A stretch of 64,000 bases of DNA, taken from positions 28,164 through 92,163 of the IMG/VR virus record IMGVR_UViG_3300023301_001182. The stretch is one strand, 5' to 3'. The notes under the pieces were generated by a model. That model saw only the letters and a program-made list of their open reading frames with translations. It did no database searches and was not told where the DNA came from. Within the stretch, counting starts at the first letter, position 1. Each line of letters opens with the position of its first letter. Source of the DNA: a virus. Below are positions 53,071-63,784 of the stretch, in pieces. The translations under genes were made by a program, and so were the position numbers.

Positions 53071-53612
53071 TATAAAACATTCCATTTTATATTTAACTAA
53101 AAATATAATAAATCAAAAAATATATATTGGAGTTCATTCTACATATAATATTAATGATGGGTATCTTGGCTCTGGTAAATTATTAAAAAAAAGCTGTTAA
53201 AAAACATGGTAGACATAATTTTAGAAGATATATATTACAAATATCTCTTGATATTGATTTTATATATAATTTAGAAAATAAAATTGTAACCCAATTATTT
53301 GTAGAAAAAGATTTTAATTATAATCTTGAGATAGGTGGTAATAAAGTTGCACACAGTATATCTACAAAAAATAAAATAGGACTAGCGCATAAAGGAATAC
53401 CAGTTCCTAAAGAATTACGAAAAATATGGTCAGATTTAAAAAAGAATAAAGGTCTTTTGTCTGACAATAATAACTCTAAAAAAGTAATAAATTTAGATAC
53501 TAATATAGTTTTTAACAGTGTTAAAGAGGCTGCTATATTTGAAAATAAAAATTATTCTACTTTTAAATGGGCTGTAAAGCATAAGAAGACCTTTAATTAT
53601 AAATTTATATAA
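53012..53612 (+). pseudogene. Seg-like GIY-YIG endonuclease with a single frameshift in an A8 run
   Basis: ILYLTKN...IYIGVHST...YLGSG. Removing one A from 53185-53192 continues the frame as AVKKHGRHNF...YNLEIGG...FNSVKEAA to TAA at 53610-53612. Confidence 0.8.
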
Positions 53613-55067
53613 ATGGATTCGAGCAAAGAAATTAAACTAGGAAATGATGTTAGGGATAAACTAATGTTGGGTATTAATAAGTTAGCATCAGTAGTATTAA
53701 CTACAATGGGGCCATCTGGTAGTACTGTTATTATAGCAGATGAATATGGTGATCCATATATAACTAAAGACGGTGTATCTGTTTCTAACTATATTAAACT
53801 AGAAGACCCAGTAGAGAATATTGCTGCTACTTTATTAAAACAGGTAGCACAAAATACAGTTGAACAGGCAGGAGATGGTACAACTACCTCTATTTGTCTA
53901 GCACAGTCACTAATTACTGAAGGGTATAAATTATTAGGTAAGGGAGAATCTTATAATGATTTAAAGGTTGAGTTAGAGAAATTAGAAGAGTACACAGTTA
54001 ATAATCTTGCCTGTGCTTCTAAAGAATTAAAGAATAAAAATATAGTTGACGTAGCTACTATCTCATCTAATAATGATGGAGTTATTGGTGATATTATTCA
54101 GAAAGCATATAATCATTCTACCATAGTTAAAGTTCAAGAAGGTAATAGTAATCTAGATGAATTAACTCTTATAAATGGTATGGAATTAGATACTAGTTAT
54201 ATTGATAATGCCTTTATAAATAAACCTCATCAACAAGCTGTAGAGCATACAGAACCCTTGGTAATGCTAGTAGATGGGAAATTAGAGTCATTGGATAACA
54301 TTAAAAGAGTAATATTAGAAGTTAAGAGTAGGCCTATAGTTATTATAGCAGATCATTTTGGAGAACAAGTTCTTAAATTATTAAAAGAGAATTATAATAA
54401 AGGAGCTTTAAATGTTGTATTAGTTAAGTCTCCAGGATTTGCTAATCATAGAAAGAATCTAATGGATGATATAGCTGATTACACAGGAGCCACTGTACTT
54501 AATCCATCTACAACATATACTAATATAAATGTATTAGGTACACTAGATAGTATTTATATTACAAAGCATACGTGCACATTATTAAACGAAGGTAATTTAT
54601 TAGCATCTAATGAAAAGTTAGCAAACTTAAAATCAACATTAGCTATATCTACAGATAGTAATGATATAGTATTATTACAACAACGTATAACTAATCTTAC
54701 AGGTAAGGTTGCAATCATTAGAGTTGGTGGTAATTCTGAAGTGGAGATGAAAGAACGTAAGGATAGAATAGAAGATGCAGTATTAGCTGTCCAGTGTGGA
54801 TTAGAAGAAGGAATTATTGAAGGGGGAGGAGTTGCACTATATAAGATAGCAAATACCTCAAAGAATAAATTTAAAGATTGTCTTCGTGATCCATTATATA
54901 CAATACTAGAGAATGGTGCAGTTATAGATTTTGAAACGTCAATGTTTAAACAGAATATTATTGATCCATTAAAGGTTACTAGATGTGCATTACAAAATGC
55001 TATATCAGTATCTAAAACTATACTTAGTACTAAAGCTATTGTATTAAATGAAAGATTATGGAAGTAA
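53613..55067 (+). CDS. groEL: GroEL-like chaperonin (484 aa)
   Basis: TMGPSG, ITKDGVSV, AGDGTTT, VKSPGF, EMKERKDRIEDA, GIIEGGG, IIDPLKV. Confidence 0.95.
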   Translation: MDSSKEIKLGNDVRDKLMLGINKLASVVLTTMGPSGSTVIIADEYGDPYITKDGVSVSNYIKLEDPVENIAATLLKQVAQNTVEQAGDGTTTSICLAQSLITEGYKLLGKGESYNDLKVELEKLEEYTVNNLACASKELKNKNIVDVATISSNNDGVIGDIIQKAYNHSTIVKVQEGNSNLDELTLINGMELDTSYIDNAFINKPHQQAVEHTEPLVMLVDGKLESLDNIKRVILEVKSRPIVIIADHFGEQVLKLLKENYNKGALNVVLVKSPGFANHRKNLMDDIADYTGATVLNPSTTYTNINVLGTLDSIYITKHTCTLLNEGNLLASNEKLANLKSTLAISTDSNDIVLLQQRITNLTGKVAIIRVGGNSEVEMKERKDRIEDAVLAVQCGLEEGIIEGGGVALYKIANTSKNKFKDCLRDPLYTILENGAVIDFETSMFKQNIIDPLKVTRCALQNAISVSKTILSTKAIVLNERLWK

Positions 55068-55265
55068 TAAGAGTAAAGACAAAATATATTAAACCAGATT
55101 ATAATTTAAAAACTAAAGAGGAAAAAGAAAAGTTTGAAAATGATAATATAAAAATATATTTAGATAAGTATAATATACTAATTAATAAAAATGGACATTT
55201 TTACACTACTAAAGTAAATACAGGTAAACCATTATTAATATTAGAAATTCTTAGAGATTAATATT

Positions 55266-57566
55266 ATGGAAATAAAGATGAATAAATTCCAGACCCCAAT
55301 CAATGATGCTCTTAAAGAGTCTCTTCATAGTGAGGTGTGGGAGGATTTATTAGAATATATATCAACAGTAAAATTTATACAAAACTTAATTGCACCTGAA
55401 GAGAGTAGAGGGTTTATTAAAGATAGACCTAGAATGACCTATCTAAAGAATAACAAGAAAGTAGAGTATGAAGATGGTAGAAGAGAAATAGATATAACAA
55501 ATCCACATATACTAGAAGATTTAGATTACTTTAGAGAAAGAGCTATATTCTTTGAGAAGAATGGTAGATACACTAATATCATACCTAATAGTAATCCTAA
55601 GTCTGAATATGCGGCATTTTGGAAAGAAGAACTAAGACGTTGGAAACATGGGTTGGTAAGAGATGAGGATGGTGAATGGATTCCTGGTGAATTATACTTC
55701 TATTGGAATTATGCACCTATATGGTTAGTAGAAAAAGCAGAAGGAAGTAAAAGTGATAAAGAAGGAGAAAGGATGCGTAAGTTTCCTAAACCTTGGTCAG
55801 GTGATTATTTATTCTTTCATTATGTATCTGCCGCTAAGAAGTTAGGTAGTCATGGTAAGTTATTAAAGACAAGGGGTATTGGTTTTAGTTTTAAAACAGC
55901 TGCTTGGAGTCCTAGAAACTTATATGTATATCCAGGATCTGGTAATCCAAACTTTCACTTAGCTTCTGAGAAAGGTTTCTTATCTGGAGATAAAGGTGTA
56001 TGGGGTAAAGTACTAGATACATTAGACTGGATAGCAGATAATACTCCATTACCTCGTATGAGATTAGTGGATGGTAAAAAGGCTATGGAGATACAGCTTG
56101 GTTACTTAGATGAGTATGGAACAAGGAGAGGTTTCTTATCATCTATATTTGGCATATCATTAAAGGATAACCCAGATAAGGCTAGGGGTATACGTGGTAA
56201 ACTAATACATTACGAGGAAGATGGTTTATTTCCTAACTTAGAAAAAGCTTGGAACGTAAATAGAAAAGCTGTGGAAGATGGAGGGGTAACCTTTGGGTTT
56301 ATGTTAGCAGGTGGAACAGGTGGAGTTGAAGGTGCATCATTTGCAGGCTCAGAGAAACTATTCTATAGCCCTAATGCATATAATGTCTATGGTATACCTA
56401 ATGTATACGATAGAAATACTAATGGAGATACAATATGTGGTTTCTTTTGGGGTGCTTATATGAATAGACATAATTGTTATGATATAGATACAGGAGAATC
56501 AGATGTAATTAAAGCTTTACTAGAAATACTAGAAGATAGGTTTATAGTAAAATATAGTTCATCAGATTCAAGAGCTATTACACAGAAGAAAGCAGAGGAA
56601 TGTATTACACCTCAAGAGGCTGTAATGCGTACAGAAGGAACATTATTTCCTGTTGCTGATTTAAAAGAACATTTAGAAAGTATAGCTGTTAAGAAAGAAA
56701 GTTTTGTAGCAGAACATTATGTTGGTGATTTAGTCTATAACCCAGATGGTTCATTATCTTGGAAACCTAGAAGTGATATTTCACCTCTTAGATCATATGA
56801 TATAGCTAGTGGAGATAGAACTGGTGCATTAGAAATATTTGAAATGCCTAGAAAGAATGCTAATGGTGATATAACTCGTGGTAGATACATCGCAGGAATT
56901 GACCCTATTGATGCTGATACAGGAGGTTCATTATTTAGTATCTTAGTTATGGATACATTTACTGATAGAATTGTAGCAGAGTATTCAGGTAGGCCTAGAA
57001 CAGCTAATGAAGCATATGACTTAGCATTAAGAACATTACAGTTCTATGATGCAGAAGCAAACTATGAGAGTAACCTAAAAGGTTTATTTAGTTACTTTGA
57101 TAGAAAGAATGCATTAAGATACTTATGTGATGTACCACAGATATTAAAAGATATGGACTTTGTAAAAGCTACAAATCTATATGGTAATAAAGCTAAAGGT
57201 ACACATGCTAATGCATCTATAAATGGTTGGGGTAGATTACTACAAGCCGATTGGATGATTACTAAAGCACATGGAGATGATGAAGATGCTAGATTAAACT
57301 TACATAGGTTAAGAAGTCTAGGATATATTGAAGAGTGTATTAAGTGGAATTCTGATGGTAACTTTGATAGAGTATCAGCAGGAGGAATGTTATTTATTCT
57401 AAGAGAAGATAGGGTAAAAAGAACTGCATCTGCAAAAGCTAATGGAGGGATGCCTAAGAAAAGTTTATCAAGTGATCCATTTTTTAGTAGGAATTTTCAG
57501 ACAGTACAGGACGTGGATGACCGCTTTAAAATAGCTATTGATAATAAAAGAAATGATTCAATATAA
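55266..57566 (+). CDS. terL: Terminase large subunit
   Basis: LKTRGIGFSFK (Walker A variant), HYEEDG, GGTGG, YIAGIDPID, GNFDRVSA. Confidence 0.92.
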   Translation: MEIKMNKFQTPINDALKESLHSEVWEDLLEYISTVKFIQNLIAPEESRGFIKDRPRMTYLKNNKKVEYEDGRREIDITNPHILEDLDYFRERAIFFEKNGRYTNIIPNSNPKSEYAAFWKEELRRWKHGLVRDEDGEWIPGELYFYWNYAPIWLVEKAEGSKSDKEGERMRKFPKPWSGDYLFFHYVSAAKKLGSHGKLLKTRGIGFSFKTAAWSPRNLYVYPGSGNPNFHLASEKGFLSGDKGVWGKVLDTLDWIADNTPLPRMRLVDGKKAMEIQLGYLDEYGTRRGFLSSIFGISLKDNPDKARGIRGKLIHYEEDGLFPNLEKAWNVNRKAVEDGGVTFGFMLAGGTGGVEGASFAGSEKLFYSPNAYNVYGIPNVYDRNTNGDTICGFFWGAYMNRHNCYDIDTGESDVIKALLEILEDRFIVKYSSSDSRAITQKKAEECITPQEAVMRTEGTLFPVADLKEHLESIAVKKESFVAEHYVGDLVYNPDGSLSWKPRSDISPLRSYDIASGDRTGALEIFEMPRKNANGDITRGRYIAGIDPIDADTGGSLFSILVMDTFTDRIVAEYSGRPRTANEAYDLALRTLQFYDAEANYESNLKGLFSYFDRKNALRYLCDVPQILKDMDFVKATNLYGNKAKGTHANASINGWGRLLQADWMITKAHGDDEDARLNLHRLRSLGYIEECIKWNSDGNFDRVSAGGMLFILREDRVKRTASAKANGGMPKKSLSSDPFFSRNFQTVQDVDDRFKIAIDNKRNDSI

Positions 57567-57608
57567 TTAAAAATAAATTGACTTTTCCAATTTATTTTAG
57601 TATATTAA
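57530..57608 (+). promoter_or_regulatory. Late promoter candidate with upstream palindrome (portal)
   Basis: AATAGCTATT (57530), TTGACTTTT (57578), TATATT (57601). Confidence 0.6.
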
Positions 57609-57626
57609 CTAGTTAATAACAATTTC

Positions 57627-60017
57627 ATGGCAAGAATAAATAGTGTAACGCTTCCACCTCAGAGATTAGCTTATGTCAAAAAGACTAAGGAGTGGAGAAT
57701 AGATAATGTGGATCATGCAGATACTCATTCTTTCTATCATAATGAATCTGTAAGGAAGACGTTGAAAAATAAAGTAATAAATCTCAACATGTATAATGGT
57801 ATTATAGATGTTAGAGATCTAACAACTGTATTGAATCCATCTAATATAGATGCATCATATATACCTGATAATATACCTCATAATCCTATTGTAGTTCCTA
57901 AAATTGATTTATTAGTAGGGGAAGAAATCAAGAGAAGATTTGATTGGCAAGTTATTGTTACTAATCAGAATGCAGTAAGTAAGAAAGAGGATGATAAGAA
58001 AAAAGCTCTAATGGAGAAGCTTGTCCAATTCTTACAGTCTAATTATAAAGAAGATGAACTCCAAACTAAAATGCAGGAGCTAGAAGACTTTATGAAATAT
58101 GATTGGCAAGACATTCGTGAAAAGATGGCTAATCAGATATTAAGACATTACTGGGCAGAACAAGACTTTGATACTAAATTCAATAATGGATTTAAGGATG
58201 CTTTAATAATGGCAGAGGAAATATATCAGATTGATATAGTTCATGATGAGCCAGTATTAGATAAGTTAAATCCTTTAAAGGTTCACTCTGTTAGATCAGG
58301 TAACTCTGATAGAATAGAGGATTCATCTATTATTATTATAGAGGACCATTGGAGTCCAGGTAAAATAGTAGATTATTTTCATGACCAACTAAAACCTGAA
58401 GATATAGATCATATATTAGAGTATACAACTGTATCATCTAGAGGCAGTTATTCTGATGATGATAACAATCATACTTTACTTAGAGATGGTAGAGATAGTA
58501 TTGATAGTTTATTAGGTGGAATGGATGCTGTATTTAATATAGCAGAGATTAATGGTCACCAATTTAGTTCTGATTTTACAGATGAGAATGGTAATGTTAG
58601 AGTATTACGTGTTTACTGGAGGTCTTTAAAAAAGGTTAAGAAAGTTAAATACTATACTGAATATGGAGAAGAAGATTATAAGATAAGATCTGAAGAATAT
58701 ATACTAGATAAGAATACTGGAGAAGAGTCTAAAGATTTATGGGTTAATGAATGGTGGGAAGGTACTAAGATAGGTAAGGATGTTTATGTAAATATGCGAC
58801 CAAGGCCAGTACAGTTTAATAAAGTTAATAATCCATCATATTGTCATCCTGGTATTATAGGGCAAGTATATAATACTAACCAAGGTAAAGCAGTATCATT
58901 ATTAGATAGATGTAAAAACTATCAATATTTATACGATGTTTTATTTGATAGATTGAATAAAGCTATTGCTACTAACTATGGTAAGATATTTGAATTAGAT
59001 TTAGCTAAAGTACCAGAGAATTGGGAAATAGATAAATGGTTGCATTTTGCAGTAGTTAATAAGATAGCAGTAATTGATTCCTTTAAAGAAGGTAATCAAG
59101 GAGCAGCAACTGGTAAACTTGCAGGTAGTTTCAACACACAAGGTGGTAGAGCTATTGATATGGAAACTGGTAGTTATATACAACAACATATTCAACTATT
59201 AGAATTCATTAAAATGGAAATGGGTGAAATTGCTGGTGTATCTGCTCAAAGACAAGGACAGATTTCTAGTAATGAAACTGTAGGTGGAGTAGAACGATCA
59301 GTCAACCAATCCTCTCATATTACAGAGTTCTGGTTTAATACACACGAGAAGGTTAAGCTTAGAGTACTCACTGCGTTCCTAGAGACAGCCAAGGTTGCAC
59401 TTAAAGGAAATAATAAGAAGGTACAGTACATATTAGATGATCAGACCATAGAGATGCTTAATATCGATGGTGAAGATTTCGCTGAAGCAGATTATGGTAT
59501 GGTTTGTACTAGTTCATCTAAAGCATTAGAATTAGAACAAGCACTTAAACAATATGCTCAAGCATTTCTACAAAATGGTGGTAGTATGTCTAGTGTTATG
59601 GATATTTACTTTAGTCCTAGTCTATCTGATATGAGAAGAAAACTTGAGATAGCTGAAGAGAAATTAAATACAAGGAATTCTAAAGCTGCTGATGATAATA
59701 ATAAGTTAGCTCAACAAGCTCAACAAGATGCTAAGGAATTAGAATTTAATAAAGTTAGAATAGAAGAAGAAAAAAATATTAGAGATGATGATACTAAACG
59801 TTATATTGCAGAACTAGGTATTGATTCTTCTAATGAGATTGAAGAGCCAGAAGATGATGGTATTCAAGAGGATAAGCTAGATCTTGATAGAGATAAAGCT
59901 AAGAAGGATCACTTACTTAAAATGCGTGCATTGGATGATGATATGAAGAAACATTCTGATAAAATGAAACGTGAGGATAAGAAAATTAGTGTATCTAGAC
60001 AAAAGAAGTCAGTATAA
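57627..60017 (+). CDS. Portal protein
   Basis: 796 aa directly after TerL; LPPQRL, PKIDLLVGEE, WVNEWWEGTKIG, QRQGQI, ETVGGVERSV. Confidence 0.9.
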   Translation: MARINSVTLPPQRLAYVKKTKEWRIDNVDHADTHSFYHNESVRKTLKNKVINLNMYNGIIDVRDLTTVLNPSNIDASYIPDNIPHNPIVVPKIDLLVGEEIKRRFDWQVIVTNQNAVSKKEDDKKKALMEKLVQFLQSNYKEDELQTKMQELEDFMKYDWQDIREKMANQILRHYWAEQDFDTKFNNGFKDALIMAEEIYQIDIVHDEPVLDKLNPLKVHSVRSGNSDRIEDSSIIIIEDHWSPGKIVDYFHDQLKPEDIDHILEYTTVSSRGSYSDDDNNHTLLRDGRDSIDSLLGGMDAVFNIAEINGHQFSSDFTDENGNVRVLRVYWRSLKKVKKVKYYTEYGEEDYKIRSEEYILDKNTGEESKDLWVNEWWEGTKIGKDVYVNMRPRPVQFNKVNNPSYCHPGIIGQVYNTNQGKAVSLLDRCKNYQYLYDVLFDRLNKAIATNYGKIFELDLAKVPENWEIDKWLHFAVVNKIAVIDSFKEGNQGAATGKLAGSFNTQGGRAIDMETGSYIQQHIQLLEFIKMEMGEIAGVSAQRQGQISSNETVGGVERSVNQSSHITEFWFNTHEKVKLRVLTAFLETAKVALKGNNKKVQYILDDQTIEMLNIDGEDFAEADYGMVCTSSSKALELEQALKQYAQAFLQNGGSMSSVMDIYFSPSLSDMRRKLEIAEEKLNTRNSKAADDNNKLAQQAQQDAKELEFNKVRIEEEKNIRDDDTKRYIAELGIDSSNEIEEPEDDGIQEDKLDLDRDKAKKDHLLKMRALDDDMKKHSDKMKREDKKISVSRQKKSV

Positions 60018-60096
60018 AATAGCTATTAGTAAATAGACTATATAAAATAATTATAAATAATTATGTTGACTTTTGTCACAAAAAAGATTATATTTG
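60018..60096 (+). promoter_or_regulatory. Late promoter candidate with upstream palindrome (capsid operon)
   Basis: AATAGCTATT (60018), TTGACTTTT (60066), TATATTTG (60089); spacing identical to the portal site. Confidence 0.65.
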
Positions 60097-60121
60097 TAAA
60101 TTAACGGGAGAATAATATATT

Positions 60122-61267
60122 ATGGAAGGAAATGATAACACACTTGGAATGGGTTTATTTGATAGTGCAGATGACTTTGAAATTAACTATAATCCAGATG
60201 AAATAGATTATGAAGAGTCTATTGGAGAAGAAGAAGAAAACTTAGAAGGTAATCCTATAGAAGAAGAAGGTGAGCCTGAAGAAACAGAAACAGAAAAGCT
60301 CGATGAGGATGGAAATCCAGAGGAAGTAGTTGAGGACGAAGATCAAACAGAAGAGGGTGAAGAAGCCACTGATGAAGATAGTTCTCCCAACATTTATTCT
60401 TCCTTTGCATCAGTTCTTAGTGAGCAAGGTTTGTTGCCCTCTCTAGATCTTCTTGGAGATAAAAAAATAACAAATGCTGAAGAATTATCAGAAGCATTTA
60501 AATCTGAAATTGATGGTCAAGTTAGACAAAATTTGATTGATAAAATAGGAGAGCAAGGATGGGACGCCTTAGAGAAAGGAATAAGTCTATCTGAGTATCA
60601 ACAATATCAAGATAATGTTAATACATTAGATGGAATAGATGATGAATCACTGTCCTCAGATATTGAATTAAGTAAAAAAATTATATACCAAGATTACATT
60701 GGACAAGGTATTGATGAATCAAGAGCAATGAGACTTTTGAAAAAATCAATTGATGCTGGTGAAGACGTTCTTTTAGAAGATGCTAAAGAGTCTTTAGATA
60801 GTTTAAGAGTTATTGAAGGTAAGAGATTAGATAAATTAACAGTTGAAAGGCAAGCTAACCAACAGGCTCAGGTTGCAGAACAAGAAAAGATTGATAATGA
60901 TTTAAAAAATTCTATCTATAATACTGCTGAGATAATTAAAGGTGTAAAATTAAACAAAACAATACAGGATAAGATATACAATAGTATTACCAAGGTTGTT
61001 GGAAAAAATGAGAATGGAATCATGGAAAACCAACTAATGAAAGATAGGAGAACAAATCCTGTTGACTTTGATACTAAGTTATATTATCTATATGAGATGA
61101 CGAAAGGTTTTTCAGATTTCTCTAAGATTACAAGTAAGTCAGAAAGCTCTGCAGTAAGTAAGTTAGAGAAACAATTAAGAAAAACTAAGTTTGAAGGGTC
61201 TGGAACTCCAGCTTTTTTAAGTGATCCAGATAGTTATGGTGGTATAGGTTCTGAAATTGTATTTTAA
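60122..61267 (+). CDS. Acidic protein between portal and capsid (scaffold-like)
   Basis: Very Glu/Asp-rich N-terminus; position between portal and MCP. Confidence 0.6.
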   Translation: MEGNDNTLGMGLFDSADDFEINYNPDEIDYEESIGEEEENLEGNPIEEEGEPEETETEKLDEDGNPEEVVEDEDQTEEGEEATDEDSSPNIYSSFASVLSEQGLLPSLDLLGDKKITNAEELSEAFKSEIDGQVRQNLIDKIGEQGWDALEKGISLSEYQQYQDNVNTLDGIDDESLSSDIELSKKIIYQDYIGQGIDESRAMRLLKKSIDAGEDVLLEDAKESLDSLRVIEGKRLDKLTVERQANQQAQVAEQEKIDNDLKNSIYNTAEIIKGVKLNKTIQDKIYNSITKVVGKNENGIMENQLMKDRRTNPVDFDTKLYYLYEMTKGFSDFSKITSKSESSAVSKLEKQLRKTKFEGSGTPAFLSDPDSYGGIGSEIVF

Positions 61268-61322
61268 AAAATAAGTAAATAAGTAAATAAATAAAAATTA
61301 ATTAATTAAAAAAGTTTAAAAG

Positions 61323-62831
61323 ATGAGTTTAAGTAAATTCGTGATGACCCGTGGAAAAAGTTGGTCAGGCCTAACACTAAAGAATCACATTGGTGCAATT
61401 TTTGGTTCACAGCCACAATTAGTATCACCCCTTACAACTGTACTTTTACAAAATTCTGGAATGAAAAACCTAGACACTACTCTCTCACTTTTTCCTGAGA
61501 AAGTTCTAGAAACTTCTGATGATTTTGTATGGAAAGTAGTAGGGAGTGATGAACGTAATATTCCTTTAGTGGAAGCACGTTATAATGGAGCTGTAGTGCT
61601 AGATAGTGACACTGGTATTGGTGCTGCAAGAACACGCATCGAATTAGTATTTGGTGAACAATATTTTAGTCAAGTACACGTTATCGTTGGAGCTCGACCT
61701 GATATTTATCAATTTAGATTGATATCTGATGGGGAAGAAGAAAGTGGTAATTTTGTGTATCAAGCAGAAATATTTGGTGGACAAGAAACATTAGCTGGAG
61801 TACCAGGTGATGAATTACTTGCAGGAAATAGATTTAGTATAGAATCTGCATACGTTGAAGACGAACTGTCTACTCGTGGTGCTGATATTCAATTCACTTC
61901 ACCTTATTTGATGAGAAACTCTGTTTCTACATTAAGAATGGAACATAAAGTTTCAGGTGCTATGATTGATGTAAAAGTAAAACCTGTTTATTTCGCTGGT
62001 ATTGAAACCAGAGATCCAAACTCAGGTAAAGTACATAAATCTGTTACATGGATGCAAGAGGTATACTGGCAATTTGAGAAATCACTTTCTCGTATTAAAG
62101 CTAGAACTCTTATGTTTGGTAGAACAAACAGAGATGAAAATGGAAGATTCTTAAACAAAGGAAATTCTAATATTGAGATTAAAGCTGGTTCTGGAATTAG
62201 AGAGCAAATGGAAGTTAGTAATACTACTACTTACAATAAATTCTCTATCCGTATCCTAGAAGATTTACTATCTGAATTAGTAGAAGGTAAATTAGATTTC
62301 ACAGAACGTAAATTTATGTTACGTACAGGTGAGAGAGGTGCAGCTCAGTTCTCTAGAGCAGTAACTGCTGAAGCATCTGGATGGTTAAATATTGGATTTG
62401 ATAATACTGGTACACAAGCTATCACTAAAGTATCATCTAAATTTAATTCCAATGCATATTCTGCAGGATTCCAATTCACAGAATGGACCGCTCCGAATAA
62501 CATTCATGTAATGTTAGAGGTAGATCCAATGTATGATGATAAAGTAAGAAACAAAATTCTTCACCCAGATGGTGGTGTAGCTGAGTCTTATAGATATGAT
62601 ATCTTATATATCGGTTCAATGGAAGAACCTAATATCCAAAAAATTAAAGTACGTGGTGACGATGAACTACGTGGTTATAAAGCTGGTATTAGAGATCCAT
62701 TTAGTGGACGTAGAGGTGGAATTATGCAACATATGGAAGATTCTGCTATCATGAGTGCCATGTGTGGTACTGGTGCAATGCTGAAAGACCCTTCTAGAAC
62801 TGCAACATTAAAACCTGCAATATTAGAATAA
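61323..62831 (+). CDS. Major capsid protein
   Basis: 502 aa; WSGLT..NH, GSGIREQ, GFQFTE, DPMYDD, HPDGGVAESYRYDI; followed by a terminator. Confidence 0.9.
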   Translation: MSLSKFVMTRGKSWSGLTLKNHIGAIFGSQPQLVSPLTTVLLQNSGMKNLDTTLSLFPEKVLETSDDFVWKVVGSDERNIPLVEARYNGAVVLDSDTGIGAARTRIELVFGEQYFSQVHVIVGARPDIYQFRLISDGEEESGNFVYQAEIFGGQETLAGVPGDELLAGNRFSIESAYVEDELSTRGADIQFTSPYLMRNSVSTLRMEHKVSGAMIDVKVKPVYFAGIETRDPNSGKVHKSVTWMQEVYWQFEKSLSRIKARTLMFGRTNRDENGRFLNKGNSNIEIKAGSGIREQMEVSNTTTYNKFSIRILEDLLSELVEGKLDFTERKFMLRTGERGAAQFSRAVTAEASGWLNIGFDNTGTQAITKVSSKFNSNAYSAGFQFTEWTAPNNIHVMLEVDPMYDDKVRNKILHPDGGVAESYRYDILYIGSMEEPNIQKIKVRGDDELRGYKAGIRDPFSGRRGGIMQHMEDSAIMSAMCGTGAMLKDPSRTATLKPAILE

Positions 62832-62855
62832 TCTAATAAGGTAATAAAAAGTTTC

Positions 62856-62889
62856 AAAGGGTGTACTTAATTAAACACCCTTTATTTTT
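62856..62889 (+). terminator. Intrinsic terminator after the major capsid gene
   Basis: AAAGGGTGT/ACACCCTTT stem followed by a T-rich tail. Confidence 0.75.
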
Positions 62890-62915
62890 ACGTTTAATTT
62901 AAGGGAGAACATATT

Positions 62916-63782
62916 ATGGAAACAAAGGAAGTAAAAAGTAAAAGTAATTTTACACTACCAAATGATATAGTAGTAGTAAAGTTTATTAAAAGAAAAAGAG
63001 GAATGGCATCACACGTAGATGAGAATCACGTAATATCAGGTGGTATGTTGTCAGGCTCTAAAAAGAAATTTTGTGCACCGTTAACACGTAGTAATACAAT
63101 TGCTAACGTATTAACTAAAGATGAAAAAGAGTATCTAGAGGCAGAAACAGGTCTTAACCTATCTGTCTATGGTGATTTTTGGACAACTTTTTATGTATCA
63201 TTATGGAAAGATGATGCTAATAATAGATTTGATATGGCTGATCCTATGGATTTCATTTCAATTAGATTGTTAGAATCTCTTAAAAATGACATTGCACCAA
63301 GTTGGAATGAAAGAAATAAAAAACAAAGTTATCAATTCGTTATTACTAGAACTGATGAAGAGTTCAAAGAAAAGAAAGCTAAGTTAGATACTAAGAAACA
63401 AGCTTTCAAAACTTATGGTAAAATTGAAGATGATAAAGAGAAATTAATTGGTATTCTTAAACTATTAACAAATCAACCTTTCTCTAGTGATTCAACACTA
63501 AGTTGGATACAAGGTAAAGTTGAAGAATATTTAGATACAATGCCATCAGCATTCTTAGCTATTATAGATGATCCATCGTTTGATACGAAAGTATTAATTA
63601 ATAAAGGCGTAGATAATGGTGCAATTGTTAAGAATAGTAATAAGTATAGTACTATTGATGGGTTGGATCTATGTGAAAATGGAAGTATACCATCATTTGA
63701 TAATGCTGTAAAGTATTTAGATAATGTAAAGAATCAAGAAGTTAGGCATCTTATTGAAGCAAGGATTAATAATAGTAAATAA
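62916..63782 (+). CDS. Putative virion protein downstream of the capsid gene
   Basis: 288-aa ORF in the structural operon; position matches crAss-like gene order. Confidence 0.6.
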   Translation: METKEVKSKSNFTLPNDIVVVKFIKRKRGMASHVDENHVISGGMLSGSKKKFCAPLTRSNTIANVLTKDEKEYLEAETGLNLSVYGDFWTTFYVSLWKDDANNRFDMADPMDFISIRLLESLKNDIAPSWNERNKKQSYQFVITRTDEEFKEKKAKLDTKKQAFKTYGKIEDDKEKLIGILKLLTNQPFSSDSTLSWIQGKVEEYLDTMPSAFLAIIDDPSFDTKVLINKGVDNGAIVKNSNKYSTIDGLDLCENGSIPSFDNAVKYLDNVKNQEVRHLIEARINNSK

Positions 63783-63784
63783 TT

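Noticed and set aside
3009-62857. Short antisense or out-of-frame ORFs in the track (for example 3009-3245, 6627-6950, 14131-14469, 24796-25188, 33901-34107, 49610-49894, 59001-59195, 62675-62857)
   Set aside because: They lie within longer motif-bearing genes and show no recognisable features; most likely shadows.
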